From Lama guanicoe (lineage: Eukaryota), in assembly GCA_013239625.1 (NCBI GenBank), contig MU054400.1, positions 1,347,146 through 1,411,145 on the forward strand: a stretch of DNA of 64,000 nucleotides, read 5' to 3'. The position numbers and the translations under genes are program-made. This document shows positions 23,324-35,980 of the stretch, one piece after another (positions within the stretch are counted from its first letter, which is position 1; the number at the start of each line of letters is the position of its first letter). The notes beneath the pieces were generated by a model, which was given only the letters and a program-made list of their open reading frames with translations, did no database searches and had not been told where the DNA came from.

Positions 23324-26300
23324 CTGGGGGTGAGGACAACACGGTCAGGTCATTCCTGGAGTCCCCAGTCCCTTGCACTGGTGCAGGGACAGGTGGGCCC
23401 CAGAACCTCAGCTCTCCCCCTTCAACCCATCAGCAATGCCAGAGGTTGGGGGGGAGGGCGGGCTGTCAGCGAGGGTCTGAGGCTTCCCAGGCCACAGAGA
23501 GCCAGATGTTTAATTAAAGAAAAACAAGGGACGTATGGAGAGGGAGCGCCCCCACCTGCTCCATGAAGGCGGGAACTGTGGGGAGCAGGGGGCTGCGGGC
23601 CTCAGCTCATCAATCACAGGATGGAGGTGATGTCTGGGGGAAGCGGCCCCAGCCCCACATCTCCTGCCACATTGCGTCCATTTCCAGAGCAGGACTGTGC
23701 AAGAGGCCGAGGGGGGTCTTGACTGTGCCCTCTGGCTGGTGGGGTGAGCAGGGTGCACTCCCTGGAGGAGAGACATCCCAGGCTTTCCCTCCGGAGAGAA
23801 TGGGAAGCACGAGGACAGGGCTGGTGGCTCCATGGGAACAGCAGCACTGGGTGGCTGTTCACATGCGTATATGTGTTGTGTGTGTATCTGTGCGTGACGT
23901 GAATGAGTGACATGGGATGGAATGTGGGGACATATGCAGGAGTGTCTGTGTGTGGCTCTCAGAGCACATGTCTCTGAGTGACTGTGTGCTCCCTTGGTGT
24001 GTACCTCACCTCAGTCCCAGCCCCCAGCTTCTCCATCACAGACCCTTTAAGGAGCCCTTTACATGGTCAGCGGCTGCCTTTACTCTGGGAACTGGGGAAG
24101 CCCAGAGAGGGATGGGGACCTGCCTGAGGTCACACAGCAAGCTAGAGCTGGTTGGTACTAAACCGCAGAATGGGAATACCTACCTACATGACCATGCACA
24201 CATACTTGGGAAGTCCTCTCTGCTATCTAACCACACTCGTTTTGCTGCTGCGAGCACTTAGTCCAGCTGTCCGACCCTTGGGCATTGGGTAAGGCGTGAG
24301 GACAGCCAGCTCAGGCTCCTGGAAGGAGGCAGCTTCTGTGATCTGACCCAGGCAAGGAATGTCCATCTGTGGCTCCGGGGACACTGACACCTCCCTCCTG
24401 TGCCCCCCCACCCCACCCCCTGCCTGACAGGTGGACAGGAAATGGGAGGGGGGCAGCTCAATAAGCCAGGGACGGTGAAGGGGAGTGTATGTTTCTGCTT
24501 TGCTGAGTGGCCGTGGTGACACTTGGGGAAGGAACTGTGGGCTTTCATCCACAGCATGCACGTGACTGTGAGTGACTCTGTGTGACTGTGTACGTGTCCA
24601 GTATATGTGAAGTATGTCTGCATTGGGGCCGAACCCCCAGGGCCCAATCTGGCTTTGCAGCAGGAGAGACGAGGGGGTCAGGGAGGCACTCAGGGAAGCT
24701 TGAGTGTGGCAGGTGGAGTGGGCGACGCTGTGGGCAGAGGGGGCTCCAGCCTCAGGCTTGCAGGGGAGAGCTGGAGCCCAGCCGAGCCTCCACAGGGGTC
24801 CACCTGAATTCTGCCCACTGCCATCTGCCTCCCCTGGGAAGCCTTCCTGGCCCCGTGTCCATCTTATGTCTGCTCCACGTTCATCCTGTGTGCCTCTCGT
24901 ATCCCTTCCCTCTCTGCCCAGGGGCACAGAGGCGTGGGGGTGGGGTGGGGGGCGGCCAAGGACACAGGAAGTGCCTTGTGGGGGCCTGTGGGCCAGGCCA
25001 GAGTTGGCAGCCACCCCAGGAGGAAAGGACATTCCGAGGTCGGCTAAGAAGCCTCCACTGCCCCTCCCGCCACCACCCTCCCTGACCCCCGGCTTCAAAG
25101 GAGAAGGGCGCTGGTGGGGGGGGGGGGACTGAAGCCTGCAGAGTCAGCTCCCTGCTGCCTCGGACTCTTCCGAGGGCAGGGCGGGCCATGGCACTGGACT
25201 CACAGGCCAGCCCCCTCCCCCGGCCAGCCTCCCCACTGACCAGTTTCCTCCACTCCCCTCTGACCATCCTCCCCTCTCAGACCAGCCTCCCATCTAAACC
25301 AGTTGCCCTCTCTGACTGGGCAGGTCATGGGGGGCCGGGGGACCAGGCCCAGCTTTGTCTGTCATCTGGCTACTCCTGCCTGGCCCTGGGCCCTGAGGAG
25401 GGAAGGGCTTGGGTTTCCTGACAGGGACCAGGTTTCTCAGAGGGAAAAGGAGGAAAGAAAAACAAAGAAAAGGAAGAAAAGGAGCGACTTGCTGCAGCTG
25501 GAGCCCAGCTGAGGGGCCGGGTGGGTGGAGGTGGGAGTGCAGCGAGCGACCAAGTGTGAGGTTGTGGGACAGTGTGCAATTTAGGAGGCCTGTTGTGAGT
25601 GTGCTGCAAGTCAGGGGAGAAGCTGACTTTAAGAGATTGCGATTGTGAGGCTGTGTGTATAATTTGGAGAGGCTGCATGTGTGTGACTGGGGCTCTGGGC
25701 AGGCGCCTAACTGCGACTGGCCATGTGTGACTGGATGACTGCATCCGTGTGTGACTCAGGGCGAGGCTGTTTGACTCCGGGACTGTCTGTACATGTGGGG
25801 CCGTGTGGCAGAGGTCCTCTGTGCGAAAGTGTGTAAATGCATCACCATGTGTGAAACAGCGACGGCAGGACTACATACCTGACACACTGGGTATGAGACG
25901 AACTTAAGCCTGAATGTATTTTTCAAATTGCAGGTGTGGGAAAGTGCCCAGAATTCCAAGTGTGTTCACACATATGAGCTGAACACCGTGTGAGAGGCTG
26001 TGTGTGGGCAAAGCCCATATGCACACGTGTCATAATCACATGCAGGCATGCTCCTGGATGCCCACACTTCCAGAGTTGTCCCCATGGGGGCTCCTGAGAT
26101 GCCCAAGTGACAGCCTCAGCCTGTGGCAGGGTGTCCCTGTGTCCCACGCAGGGCCGTGTGTGCATGCGTGCGTGTACCCGCGCTGGCCCAGGGTTTGTTT
26201 GTTTTCCTCCTAATTGGCTTGTTTTTCCATGTCCAGCCCATCAAACCGCATGTTTTTCCTCTCATCTCGCCAGCCCGCCTGGGCTGGAGCCCCCGGCACG

Positions 26301-28424
26301 CACGAGGTCTGCCCATCGGCTCTGAGAGGAGGAGGGGCAGGCTGCCCACACCCCTGGCCAGGCCAGATCAGGCCGGCGGGGCGGGGTGACCCTTCTAGCT
26401 CCAGCCCTGCCCAGGCCCCACCCACACTCCTCCTCCTGCCTGGCATTCGGGGCCCATGTCCTGTCCCAACCTTAGCTCATGACATCCCTCGAGGCACCCC
26501 AACTTCTGGACTCCCAAATGCCCACCTTCCACCCATCTCTTCACGCCAGTTCTTCTTCAAACACAGGCTGCTCTTTCCTTTCCCACCAAAACAGGGCTGG
26601 GGGGAAGCAGTGCTGACCCATGAGGGTCTGGAGTTTCCGTCCTGACCAATCAAATACAAACACTTTAAAACTGGACGAGGAACTGTCTATCTAAAATCAG
26701 TCAGTTAAGCTCTGATTTATTTTAGCTCAAAATCAGAATCACACTGAATCAACAGTGTCTAAGTTGGGGGTCCTTTCTTCACCCTGGGTAGGGGCCTCCT
26801 TAGAGCTAATTGTGACCGTCCACCTGAGGGCAGGAAGGCGGGTCAGGAGAAAGCAGTTCAGGGACCAGCCTGGTTAAGGGGACTTTCAGCAGAATATTTT
26901 TATGATCAGCTTCCCTTGGAAATAGAGACGTGAAAATTTTGTATGTTTAGGATAAATATTAAATAATTCTTGGTTTGAATGACCCACAAATCAGGGGTAA
27001 CTCTGTCCTGTTCTCTGAGTGCTGGCGAGAAGGATAATTTGATATTGAGTGTTGCCAAACCCAGTCTCTTGTTACTAATATAAAGTGACTGAAACAATCA
27101 TGATTAATGTCCCCTGTTCCTCTGACCAACTCTTTAGAAGGAAACAAGGCAATGAGAGATAAGTACCTGTTACTAATGCTACTGCCAATTCATGGGCAGT
27201 TCTCTGACAGGCGAGGCCTAGGGAGCGGTCAGCACCATATACATAAAAGGTCCGGGCTCTGGTCACAAAGGGCAGCTGTGGGCATGTCCTGTGGGTATGG
27301 CTACAGACATCACTTATAGACCCAATTCCCTTCCAATGACCTCTCAAAGAAAATCAAGTCATCAGGAATGAGGGCCCAGGGTCACCAAGGCTCAGACATC
27401 ACAGCCAGCCTTGTCCAGCCTAAGGACTTCTGGGACTCAGACTGAGAAGACAAGGGTGTGGGTGACTTGTGCCAAGTTGGCCTCGTCCTTCTTCCATGGC
27501 CTTTCCCTCCATGTATGGGCCCAGGGCTAGGCTGAGCGGTCCACTTCTAATGCACCCTGTGGTGGGCCAGGGAGGACGCCGCTCGGCTGGTCCTGCATTT
27601 CTCAAGCTGGCCGACAGGGATCACTCCACCCCTGGCTTGCAATTAAGACGTTTTGTTATGACTGCCATCTCTCGGTTTCAGCACATACAAAGGCTTTTTC
27701 TGTGGGGAAAGGAATATCCCAAAACATGCTTTCACCCCTCCTCTAGCCCCACTGATGAGCCAGTGTTTTTGTGGAGGACCCTGAGCAGCCTTCCAGCCTA
27801 AGATTCCCCGCGGGGCCACACCAATCTCCTGACAATGGGGAGAGGGCCTGCCCCAGGGTCCCTCAAGCGTCTCCTCCCCTCAGCAGCTCCCAGGGAGTAA
27901 GGAAACCATCCTCGTATGGTGAGGGGCACCATCCAAATCGGATGAGGCCAGAGAAGCTTGAGAGTTTGGTGCAGGAAGAAAAGAAATGAAACTATTTTCA
28001 GAGTATTTATTCTGTCAGTGGGTGCCTCTGGCTGAGTGAGGGCCCAGCCAACCCTCAGTAACACCAACAACCTCGCCATCCCGACTTCTCCAAACCCCGC
28101 TTCTGAATCACACTCACCTGCTCTTCCTTCTACCTTCCTGCTGGCTCCTTCTGCTCCCTCATCTGTTTATGGGGCTCGTTTCTTCCGTCAACCCCTTACA
28201 CAGTAACGGTCTTCAGGGCTTGGTGCTGGGTCCTCTTCTCTCCTCATCCCACAATCTCCCCCTTGGCCATCTCACCCCCTCCCAAGGAATTAATACTGAC
28301 AACGCCCTCAAATCCCAAATTCCCACTTCCAGCACAGCCCTCTCCCCAAGTCCCAGACTCTCAGATCCACTGGCTATCAGCCATCAGCTCCTGGTTGTCC
28401 CCCAGGGACCCCAACCCAACATGT

Positions 28425-28846
28425 CCATAGCGGATGGCAGTGCCGCAGATCCCTCACCCATACCCGCTGACCGCAGTTATTTGCCTAAGAGCTTTCTTTG
28501 GCCACCGAAACCTGCATTGCCTGCCGGGGCATTGGGCCAAAAGTGCTGGGGAATTAAAGCATCCCCACCCCCAACCCTTAGTGCAGGCATCTGAGCTCCC
28601 TCTCCCCGCCACCGGCAGGAGAATGCCAAGGCACATGTTCCGTCTGGGCTCCCAGAGTTCCCCTAGGGGGTTAAGTTCCAGCTGCCCAGTAGCAATGGCT
28701 AGATAACTTCCTCTATTGACTAATTTCACTTCCTTTTTCTATCACTTTCCCATTCCCTCATGATGTTTCTGTTGCCTGCCAAATACACTACTTGCTTGCG
28801 AATTCTCATCTTGGGATCTGATTGTAGGGAAACTCAAACAGAGACA
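28425..28846 (+). mobile_element. ERVL LTR16-like solo LTR, flanked by L2-like sequence
   Basis: agtgctggggaattaa...ctcccagagttccc...aaatacactacttgc...ggaaactcaaacagagaca end. Confidence 0.55.
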
Positions 28847-29820
28847 CTGCACAAACAGAACACGTCACCTTCTCCAACGGACCCTCTCACTTTGTCTCTT
28901 GCAGTGATTGGAACTGCTAGCTGTCTCGACTCCTCCTAGTCTCTACTCTCCTGTCCTCCCTACCTCCAATCCATCACCAACCCCTGGAGGTCCAGTCACC
29001 CCCTCTCAACTTCCCCAACACGGTCCTAGGTCCCCACCATCTCTCCAACATCCCAGCAACAGCCTCCTTCCTGCCCTGGCTTTGCCCCATCCACCTGCCC
29101 CTCTTCAACACAATGTGAGGGATCTTTTAACAACATGACCTTGATCATGTCACTCCCAAGCTTCTAGGATCATGATCTGTCCCATCCCCTCCTTTAGTTC
29201 CCTTCTGCCATTTATACCAAGCCAAGTGGCCTTTTCATGCCCTCTCAGTGTTGAGGGGCCTATGGTCCCCCTTAGCTCTCTGCCAGAAACAACTTTTTCA
29301 ATGTATCTTCCAAATTCTCCAAGTCTCTATGTGCCACCTACTCCAGGAAGTCTTCCTTCTTCCCTGGGGCATCCTGGAGTGCCCATACCTATACCTACAT
29401 TACCATATACCCCGTTTTCTTCCCTAAGACCCTCAAACCCAGCCCCTGTGAGAGCACACAGTGGAGTGAGGCCACTCCAGCTCAGAGCTGTGACCCTAGG
29501 ATTCTTCCCCACCAGGCCCCAGATGGGCCATGCCCTGCCAGCCCTCCTCTGCCCATCTTGTCACAGGGAACAGGATTTCAGGATCTCAGAGACCGCCGGT
29601 GTGGGTGGGATACAAATGCAATGCGCAGGGGTCTGGACTCAGTGGGTGAGACTGGGCTTAGAGGTCAGAAGAGCAGAACAGGATGGGATCAGAGGGCGCT
29701 GCAGCCATCCCCACCACCACCAGGAAGGGGACTTGACCTGGGCCAAGGGTCTGGGCCTCATTAACAACCCCCTTGAGGGAAATGGAAGGTCAAATGAGGG
29801 CTTGGGAGAGAAACACTTAC

Positions 29821-30054
29821 AGCCCACGTGTAGGAGGACTTGGTGGCGCAGGTGCCATGAGTCACGGTGGAAACAGGCGTAGAGACCGCTGTGGCCCAGT
29901 TCCAGGCCACGGAGCACAAGCTGAGAGCCGTTGAGCAGGTCAGGGGCCAGGTCTGTCCCATTCACCCGCCACGTCACAGCTGCATCCCAGTTTGCTGTCC
30001 CACACGGCAGAGTCACATCTGAGCCCAGGCGTTCGTACTGCACATGGGGTGTCT
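29821..30054 (-). CDS. CNTFR: CNTFR exon 4 (234 nt), Ig-like domain ETPHVQYERLGSDVTLPC...LLHVG
   Basis: Lies within ORF 29639..30289(-); cag|AG acceptor, T|gtaagt donor; NGT and NGS sequons; Cys pair. Confidence 0.97.
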
Positions 30055-33000
30055 CTGTTGGGGGCGGGGAAGGCACAAAGCAAAAGTCACAGGTCACAGC
30101 CCTGCCCAGCGCCCCCAGGTGAACGTGCATGGATGAGAACCTGTGAGTGTGCACAAGTGAGGAGTCCAGGCTGAGAGGCTCTGTGTCTGACAGTGTGTCT
30201 CGGGCAGATGAGGGGTGTGCACAATTCCTCTGTGGCTGGGAAAGGATACAGGGATGTGAGTGTCTCCAAATTCGTATGTGTATGTGCATGTCTGGGGACT
30301 GCGTGTGTATGTCTGGGTGATCCTGTGTGTGTTTGTGTTTGTGAGAGAGACAGAGAGAGATTGTGCAGAGTGCTGGGAGAAAAGACCCAGTTCACCTCCA
30401 GTCCTAGGCCCTTTTCAAAGTTTTCCTGACCCTCATGACCCCAATCTCTTACCACCAACAGGCCCAGCCCCAGTCACTAACATCTGCTACCCAGGCAAGC
30501 TGGAGCCAAGGGGTGTCACTCCTGAACTCCTTTCTCCGGCTCTTCCCATCTCTTCATCTTCCCCATCATTGTCTCTTTCTGTCTTGCCTCTCTCCCTCTC
30601 CCTGACTCTGGCCCCCTTGACAAGACCCCCCCCTCAACCATCCAGAGCTTGGGCAGCAGCAGGAGAAGGTAGAATGGGCAGGTCCAGGACGGCAGACCTC
30701 AGGAACTCCTGGCAGCTGTCAACTTCATGAGGCAGGAACTGCTTGTGGTGGGGGGAGTGCTGGGACTGAGGGAGCTCTCTGACCATTTCTCTCCTGCCCC
30801 CAGGAGGGGCCTGTCAGAGCCAAAAGCAAACCCCAGCCCTTGCCTCGGCAACCCAGGCGTGATGGACTGAGCCCAGGAGACCAGAGTGGAAGGGTGGGAG
30901 GGAGCACCTGTCCAGAGGCAGCGCTAGGTGGGGGAAGCGAGTGGGACAGAGAAAGTCCAAGGCACCGATCTACAGACAGCAGCAGAGAATCAGGCGAGCA
31001 GAGCCCCGAGATGCGAATCTACTCTCCTCATCCTGCCCTACTGCGCCTGGAAGGACAGATGCTTCCCTGGTCCCGGCCAGATCTGCAGAGTGAGGTTGGG
31101 AGGGGCAGAGAGAGGGAGGGGCAAGACGGGGGGGGGGGGGCAGAGGTGGGGGTGGGGCTGCGGGATCCCTCGTTAACACTCGCTCACATCTCCCCTCCAG
31201 AGAGCCACCCTGCTGAGTTGGGGGATTTTCAGAGGCAATTCCTGTTAACGAGCCAATTAAGTTGGGCCAGTGGCCTCTTAATTAGACTTGTTAACACCAC
31301 CAGGACTGCAGGGGGTAGGGATCCCCCTATGCCGCCAGCCACCCTCTTCCCTCCTTCGCAGCCCCCTCCCCAGTACTGCTTTTCTCTGTGCTGGAACATC
31401 TGTCCCTGTTTGCTGCCTCTGTCGCCCTCCCTGTGCCAAGGTCCCTCTGTGTCTCCAGGCCTCTTTCCCACAGCCTGTCTCCGTCTTGCCCCTCTCTGAG
31501 CCTCCCTGTCCCTGTCAAAGGAGAAGGAAGCAGGAAACCCAGCCAGCCCTGACCACTTGTCTGTGGGGCCTGGGACCAGCCAAACAGAGGATGAACAGGC
31601 GGAAGGGCGGTGGCTGGGGGCCTTGGAGGCCACAGCTGTGAGGCTGGACCAGTGACTGAATGGGGGCCTCCCTCTGACCAGAGGCCCAGTGTCCGAGGAG
31701 CAAGCCACAGAGCCCCCCCAATCCTCCAGTCCTAGCCACTGAGCCCCTCTCCTGCCTCCCTTCCAAAAACCTGGAGCTTCCAGGAAACATGCCAAACCCC
31801 ACTCCCTGCACACAACGCCCACCCCCGACCCCAAGCACAGACTCTGCATCCTGCTGCCTGAGGAGGGGGCTGAAAGCTGACCGTCGGGGAGGGGGCGTGG
31901 CCATCACCAACCCAGCAGCAACACTGACCAACCGCGGCTCAGAGCGACCCCGGCCCCAGGATGGCCCTATAACGCTGGGGGGCAGGCACAACCCCAAGAT
32001 GAAGAACCAACCCAACAGCACAACCGGTGCAATGGCAGTGGGGTAACACGGAGGGAACCCTGTCCGCCTCACAAAGGAAACGGAAACACAACTTGACAAC
32101 AGTGACAAACCAGCCATGTAAGGGCAGGGCAGGAATGGAAAAATGACAACACAATGACAGAAGACAACTCCAGGCCACAATGCAGAGGCGGAGGGGGTAG
32201 CATGACATGACAATCACACAGAGTCACAACTGCTACAATAACACAACAATGGCAATACACACATCCATGCAACAGCTCCAAAGACAGCAGTGATTTAATC
32301 CTTTGTCTCTGGACAGTTCTCCTCCCACCCCATGGGTGCCCCTACTGGTGTGCTGTCCATTTCAGAAATTAAATCAAGCAGCAGGGGGAGGATGGGGTTC
32401 TTGGCCCTGACGCAGTGACAAATGCTCCAAAGGAATCAGCTGTGAAAAGGTTGTTAGAAGCCAGGATGAGAGACAGAGACAGGATGAGGTCATGAACACG
32501 GAGAACACAGAGGGACAGAGCTGACGGCTCCCTCACACCTGCGCACACGGGCTCACATGGGGACCACATGCCGGAAACAGTCCCCCCGGCGTCTAAGCAA
32601 CTTCACATCACCACACATGTAGGACGAGGACAGTCACTACAAAGAGCACACACAGGAAACCATCCACAGGGTTGCAGCTGCACAGGGACACTGTCCCACT
32701 TCAAGGATGGTGACACCTGATAAAAGGTCACATGCAAGCACAGGAAGGGCACGGTCACCCAGAGGCACAGTTACCCACAGGGATGTGGTCTCACACACAG
32801 GGAGAGAGCCAAACGGGACACAAACACACAGAGATAGAAACAGAGAAACTAACAACTACCACACACGGGGCAAAATCTCAACCACAAGGACCCACAAAGG
32901 TCACAGTCACACATCGACAATGTCACCCACAGGGTACAGCCCACAGGGATATAACCACACAGAGAAACACACCCAAACAGGGACACAGTCTCACCCACAC

Positions 33001-34095
33001 GAGAACACAGCCTAACACACAAGGACAACCTCATACACGCCCAAAGATGCAGCCTTATGCCCACACACAGGGGCCGGGCTAACAGAAGAGACCACTGGCA
33101 GGCCTCGGCTGGTCGGGTCAACACAGGAGCCCAGGGCAGGCTGACTGCAGGCGGGGGTCGATGAGCTGGCCTGGTGGTCCCTTGCGTTCCCTCCCACTGT
33201 GGACCAGCCCTGGGGTGGGCCAGGCTCTCTCTGGGCCAGTGTCGGCCTCATAAGGAAGGGGCCACAGGAACCTCGACCTATTGCCCTCCTTGAACCCACA
33301 GCCTTGAGGGTGGCTGAGCTTAACCCTTAGGGTCCGCTCTGTGCTTGGGCCCCAGAGGTGCCCCCACCTTCTCTGCCCCTTCTAGGCCAGCTGAGGTGGG
33401 GGGCAGGACACACCAAGGGGGGAGCTCGCTACACCTGGAGCCTCATTCGAGGAGTTTCGAGGTCCGACCTCTTCCTGATGTCGCTGTCTGAAATGCTGCC
33501 AGAAATGCAGAAGGGCGAGTGGTCAAGCTGAGAGGGCCCCGTTTCCCAGCAGAGGCGCAGCTCCCTGCCCCGGGCACTGCACGTAGGATTCCATCCTCAC
33601 TGGACAAATGGTAGGGGAAGGGCAGGAGGCTGCCAGTGGCTGATCCCGACCAATCTCTGCCTCCTCTAGCCATTCCAACTGACTGACTGGTCCCTTTCCT
33701 TGCTGGGCTAGCCCCCTCCCACTCGTCACCCTGCCCATCCCCCCATCTTGTTCTCAGTCCACCATCTCCGTCCCCATATTCCTCCTAGGATAAGGGGAAG
33801 CAGTCTGACCTACTGTCTCTCTCAGTGCCTCCCACTGCACCCCCTACAAACCTGAGGGGACCTCATTTCACCAGATCCTGTACAGGGCCCCCCAAGCTGC
33901 CCCCAACTCCCATCACACCTGCCTGTACCCTATGTCCATGCTAGTGGGAAGAGGGAGAGGTCATCTCAAGCCAGAGATACCATCAGCATGAGGCCACCCA
34001 GGAGTGACTGGAGGACTGTGTCTATGGGACAACATCAGTGGGTCACCCTGCCTATATCAGTGTCATTGACTCATGTTCATGTGTGATCATGCCAG

Positions 34096-34212
34096 GTGTG
34101 GGGTGACAGCTCAGCGGTAGAGTGCATGCTTAGCATGCACGAGGTCCTGGGTTCAATCCTCAGTACTGCCATCAAAAAACAGAGCAAAACAAAAAACTGA
34201 AACTCTTTATAA
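34096..34212 (+). mobile_element. tRNA-Ala-derived SINE in CNTFR intron 3
   Basis: CAGCTCAGCGGTAGAGTGCATGCTTAGCATGCACGAGGTCCTGGGTTCAATCC plus A-rich tail; degenerate 15-bp TSD gtgtgatcatgccag (34081-34095) / gtgtgatgataccag (34213-34227). Confidence 0.85.
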
Positions 34213-34334
34213 GTGTGATGATACCAGCACATGGCAGTATGCGGCTCTGGGGTGGATGCCTTCGGCTATGCTGGGGAGGGTTCATGCTCGGCTCCAGGAA
34301 GGGGTCAGCAGGGAGCCCCCTACCCAGCACTCAC

Positions 34335-34419
34335 CCTGTGGACTGTGTCTCTGGGCGTAGACCACGGCGGCGGCAGCAGCAAGCACGGCACAGCAGGCCC
34401 ACGGGACAGGAGCAGCCAT
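34335..34419 (-). CDS. CNTFR: CNTFR exon 3, first coding exon (85 nt), signal peptide MAAPVPWACCAVLAAAAAVVYAQRHSPQ
   Basis: Acceptor cag is followed directly by ATG at 34419; donor G|gtgagt at 34335/34334. Confidence 0.97.
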
Positions 34420-35359
34420 CTGTCGGGGGGAAAAGAGGGGGCGGTGGGGAAAGGGGCAGCATCAGCCCAGGCAGGAGCCACCTGGGGAGCCCCCCTGTCC
34501 TCCGGCAAGACTGGGAAATCCCAGCCCTAGGGCCAGGGCACCTTGACCCCAAATGCCCTTCTAAATGGGGCTCAGGATCCTCTTCAAGCAATAGAAAGTA
34601 ACATTATTGGCATCTGTAGGCAAAGGTTTGCTAAGACGGTAGAAGGCAATCTACAGTGGTTTGCTGTTCAATAAGGCTGCTGGCTGCAGGATACAGTCAA
34701 CCGCGGATGAGTTATAGAACGTTGGTAATGCTAGGGCCATTTTTCTAAAAAAAAATAATAACTTTACTGGTGAGGTTAGCTAATTAGCTATAAACATCGC
34801 AAACTGAAAGAGTAATGTTTTAACCTAACTGGAGGTCTATACTTGTCCCAATTGCCTCGAATGAAAGGCCCCCTGCCATGTTCCTGGGGAGGCAGCCCTT
34901 CTGATCTGCCCCCACCAGGTTCCCACCCTCCCCCGAGTAAGCCCGGCCCCACCGGGCTCTGGGAAGTTCAGAGCAGCAGGGTACCAGGCCAGCACCATGA
35001 CCAGGTCAGACGTGGCTACTGCTTTAGTGCAAACCAGTGATCAAGAGAAAACGAGGGATTTTCACATGGAAGTCCCCGTAAGGGAACCCAGCCCATCCTT
35101 CCGCCCAGGAGCCTGGGAGCCCCAGCCCAGTAGAGGCACATGTGCCCGGAAGCCAGGATGCATCCAGGGCCCCCCCACCTGTTGTCCTGCTTCCTGAAAT
35201 GGGTCCTGCTGCCCCCACCCCACTCCACCCCAGCACATGCCTATACCTGAGGACAGGAAAATAACCATTTTCTGCAGAGAAGTTTCCAAATCTGACTCTC
35301 CTTCCCTCGTCTGAGGAGACAGGGGGACTGTCAACAAGACGGAAGCTGAGATTCAGAGA

Positions 35360-35980
35360 GGGACACTGCCAGACACTCAACCAGGGCCACAATCAGAGGT
35401 ATAGCCAGACACACAGCAAAGACACAAGCCAGAGACACTGCCCAAAACAAGAGACAGGGCCACAAAGAAAGAGCTCCACACACAGCTGGAGACATCCTGG
35501 AGAGACTGTGCGAGGCACCATCGGACAAAGCCAGAGAAACAGGTAGATCAAACAGATAACCAGCCAGAGACACGGCCAGAGAACAGCCAACACACAGCCA
35601 GAGGACCCGCCAGAAACACTGTCAAAGACCCGGCCAGACGCAAGCAGACATATCAGAGAAAGAGCAAGAAGCACAGGCAGAGAAACCATCAGCGACACAG
35701 CCAGAGAGCCAGGGACGCTGTCAGAAACCACGCCAGAGAAACTGCCTGACACACAAGCAGAGAAATACCAGAGAAACTGATAGAAACAGGCACACGCCCA
35801 GAAAAGCAGTTAGAGAGAGAGCCAGAGACACAACCAGATGCTCGGTCAGGAAGCATCCACACCACTTAAAACACTGCCAGGGACACTCAGATGCACAGTC
35901 GGACACACTGCCAGACACAGCCAGAGACACCATCAGAAATACTGCCAGAGAGACAGCCAGAGACACTGCAGACAGAGCTA
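35360..35980. repeat. Degenerate 12-bp tandem array, consensus about GACACAGCCAGA
   Basis: cca-ga and gacac recur with a 12-nt period. Confidence 0.75.

Noticed and set aside
24223..25098. 291-aa minus-strand ORF in intron 4
   Set aside because: Non-ATG start, no domain features and composition typical of a GC-rich intron.
34600..34850. Possible mitochondrial insertion (NUMT)
   Set aside because: I could not match it to any mitochondrial gene by eye; kept only as an unexplained AT-rich island.
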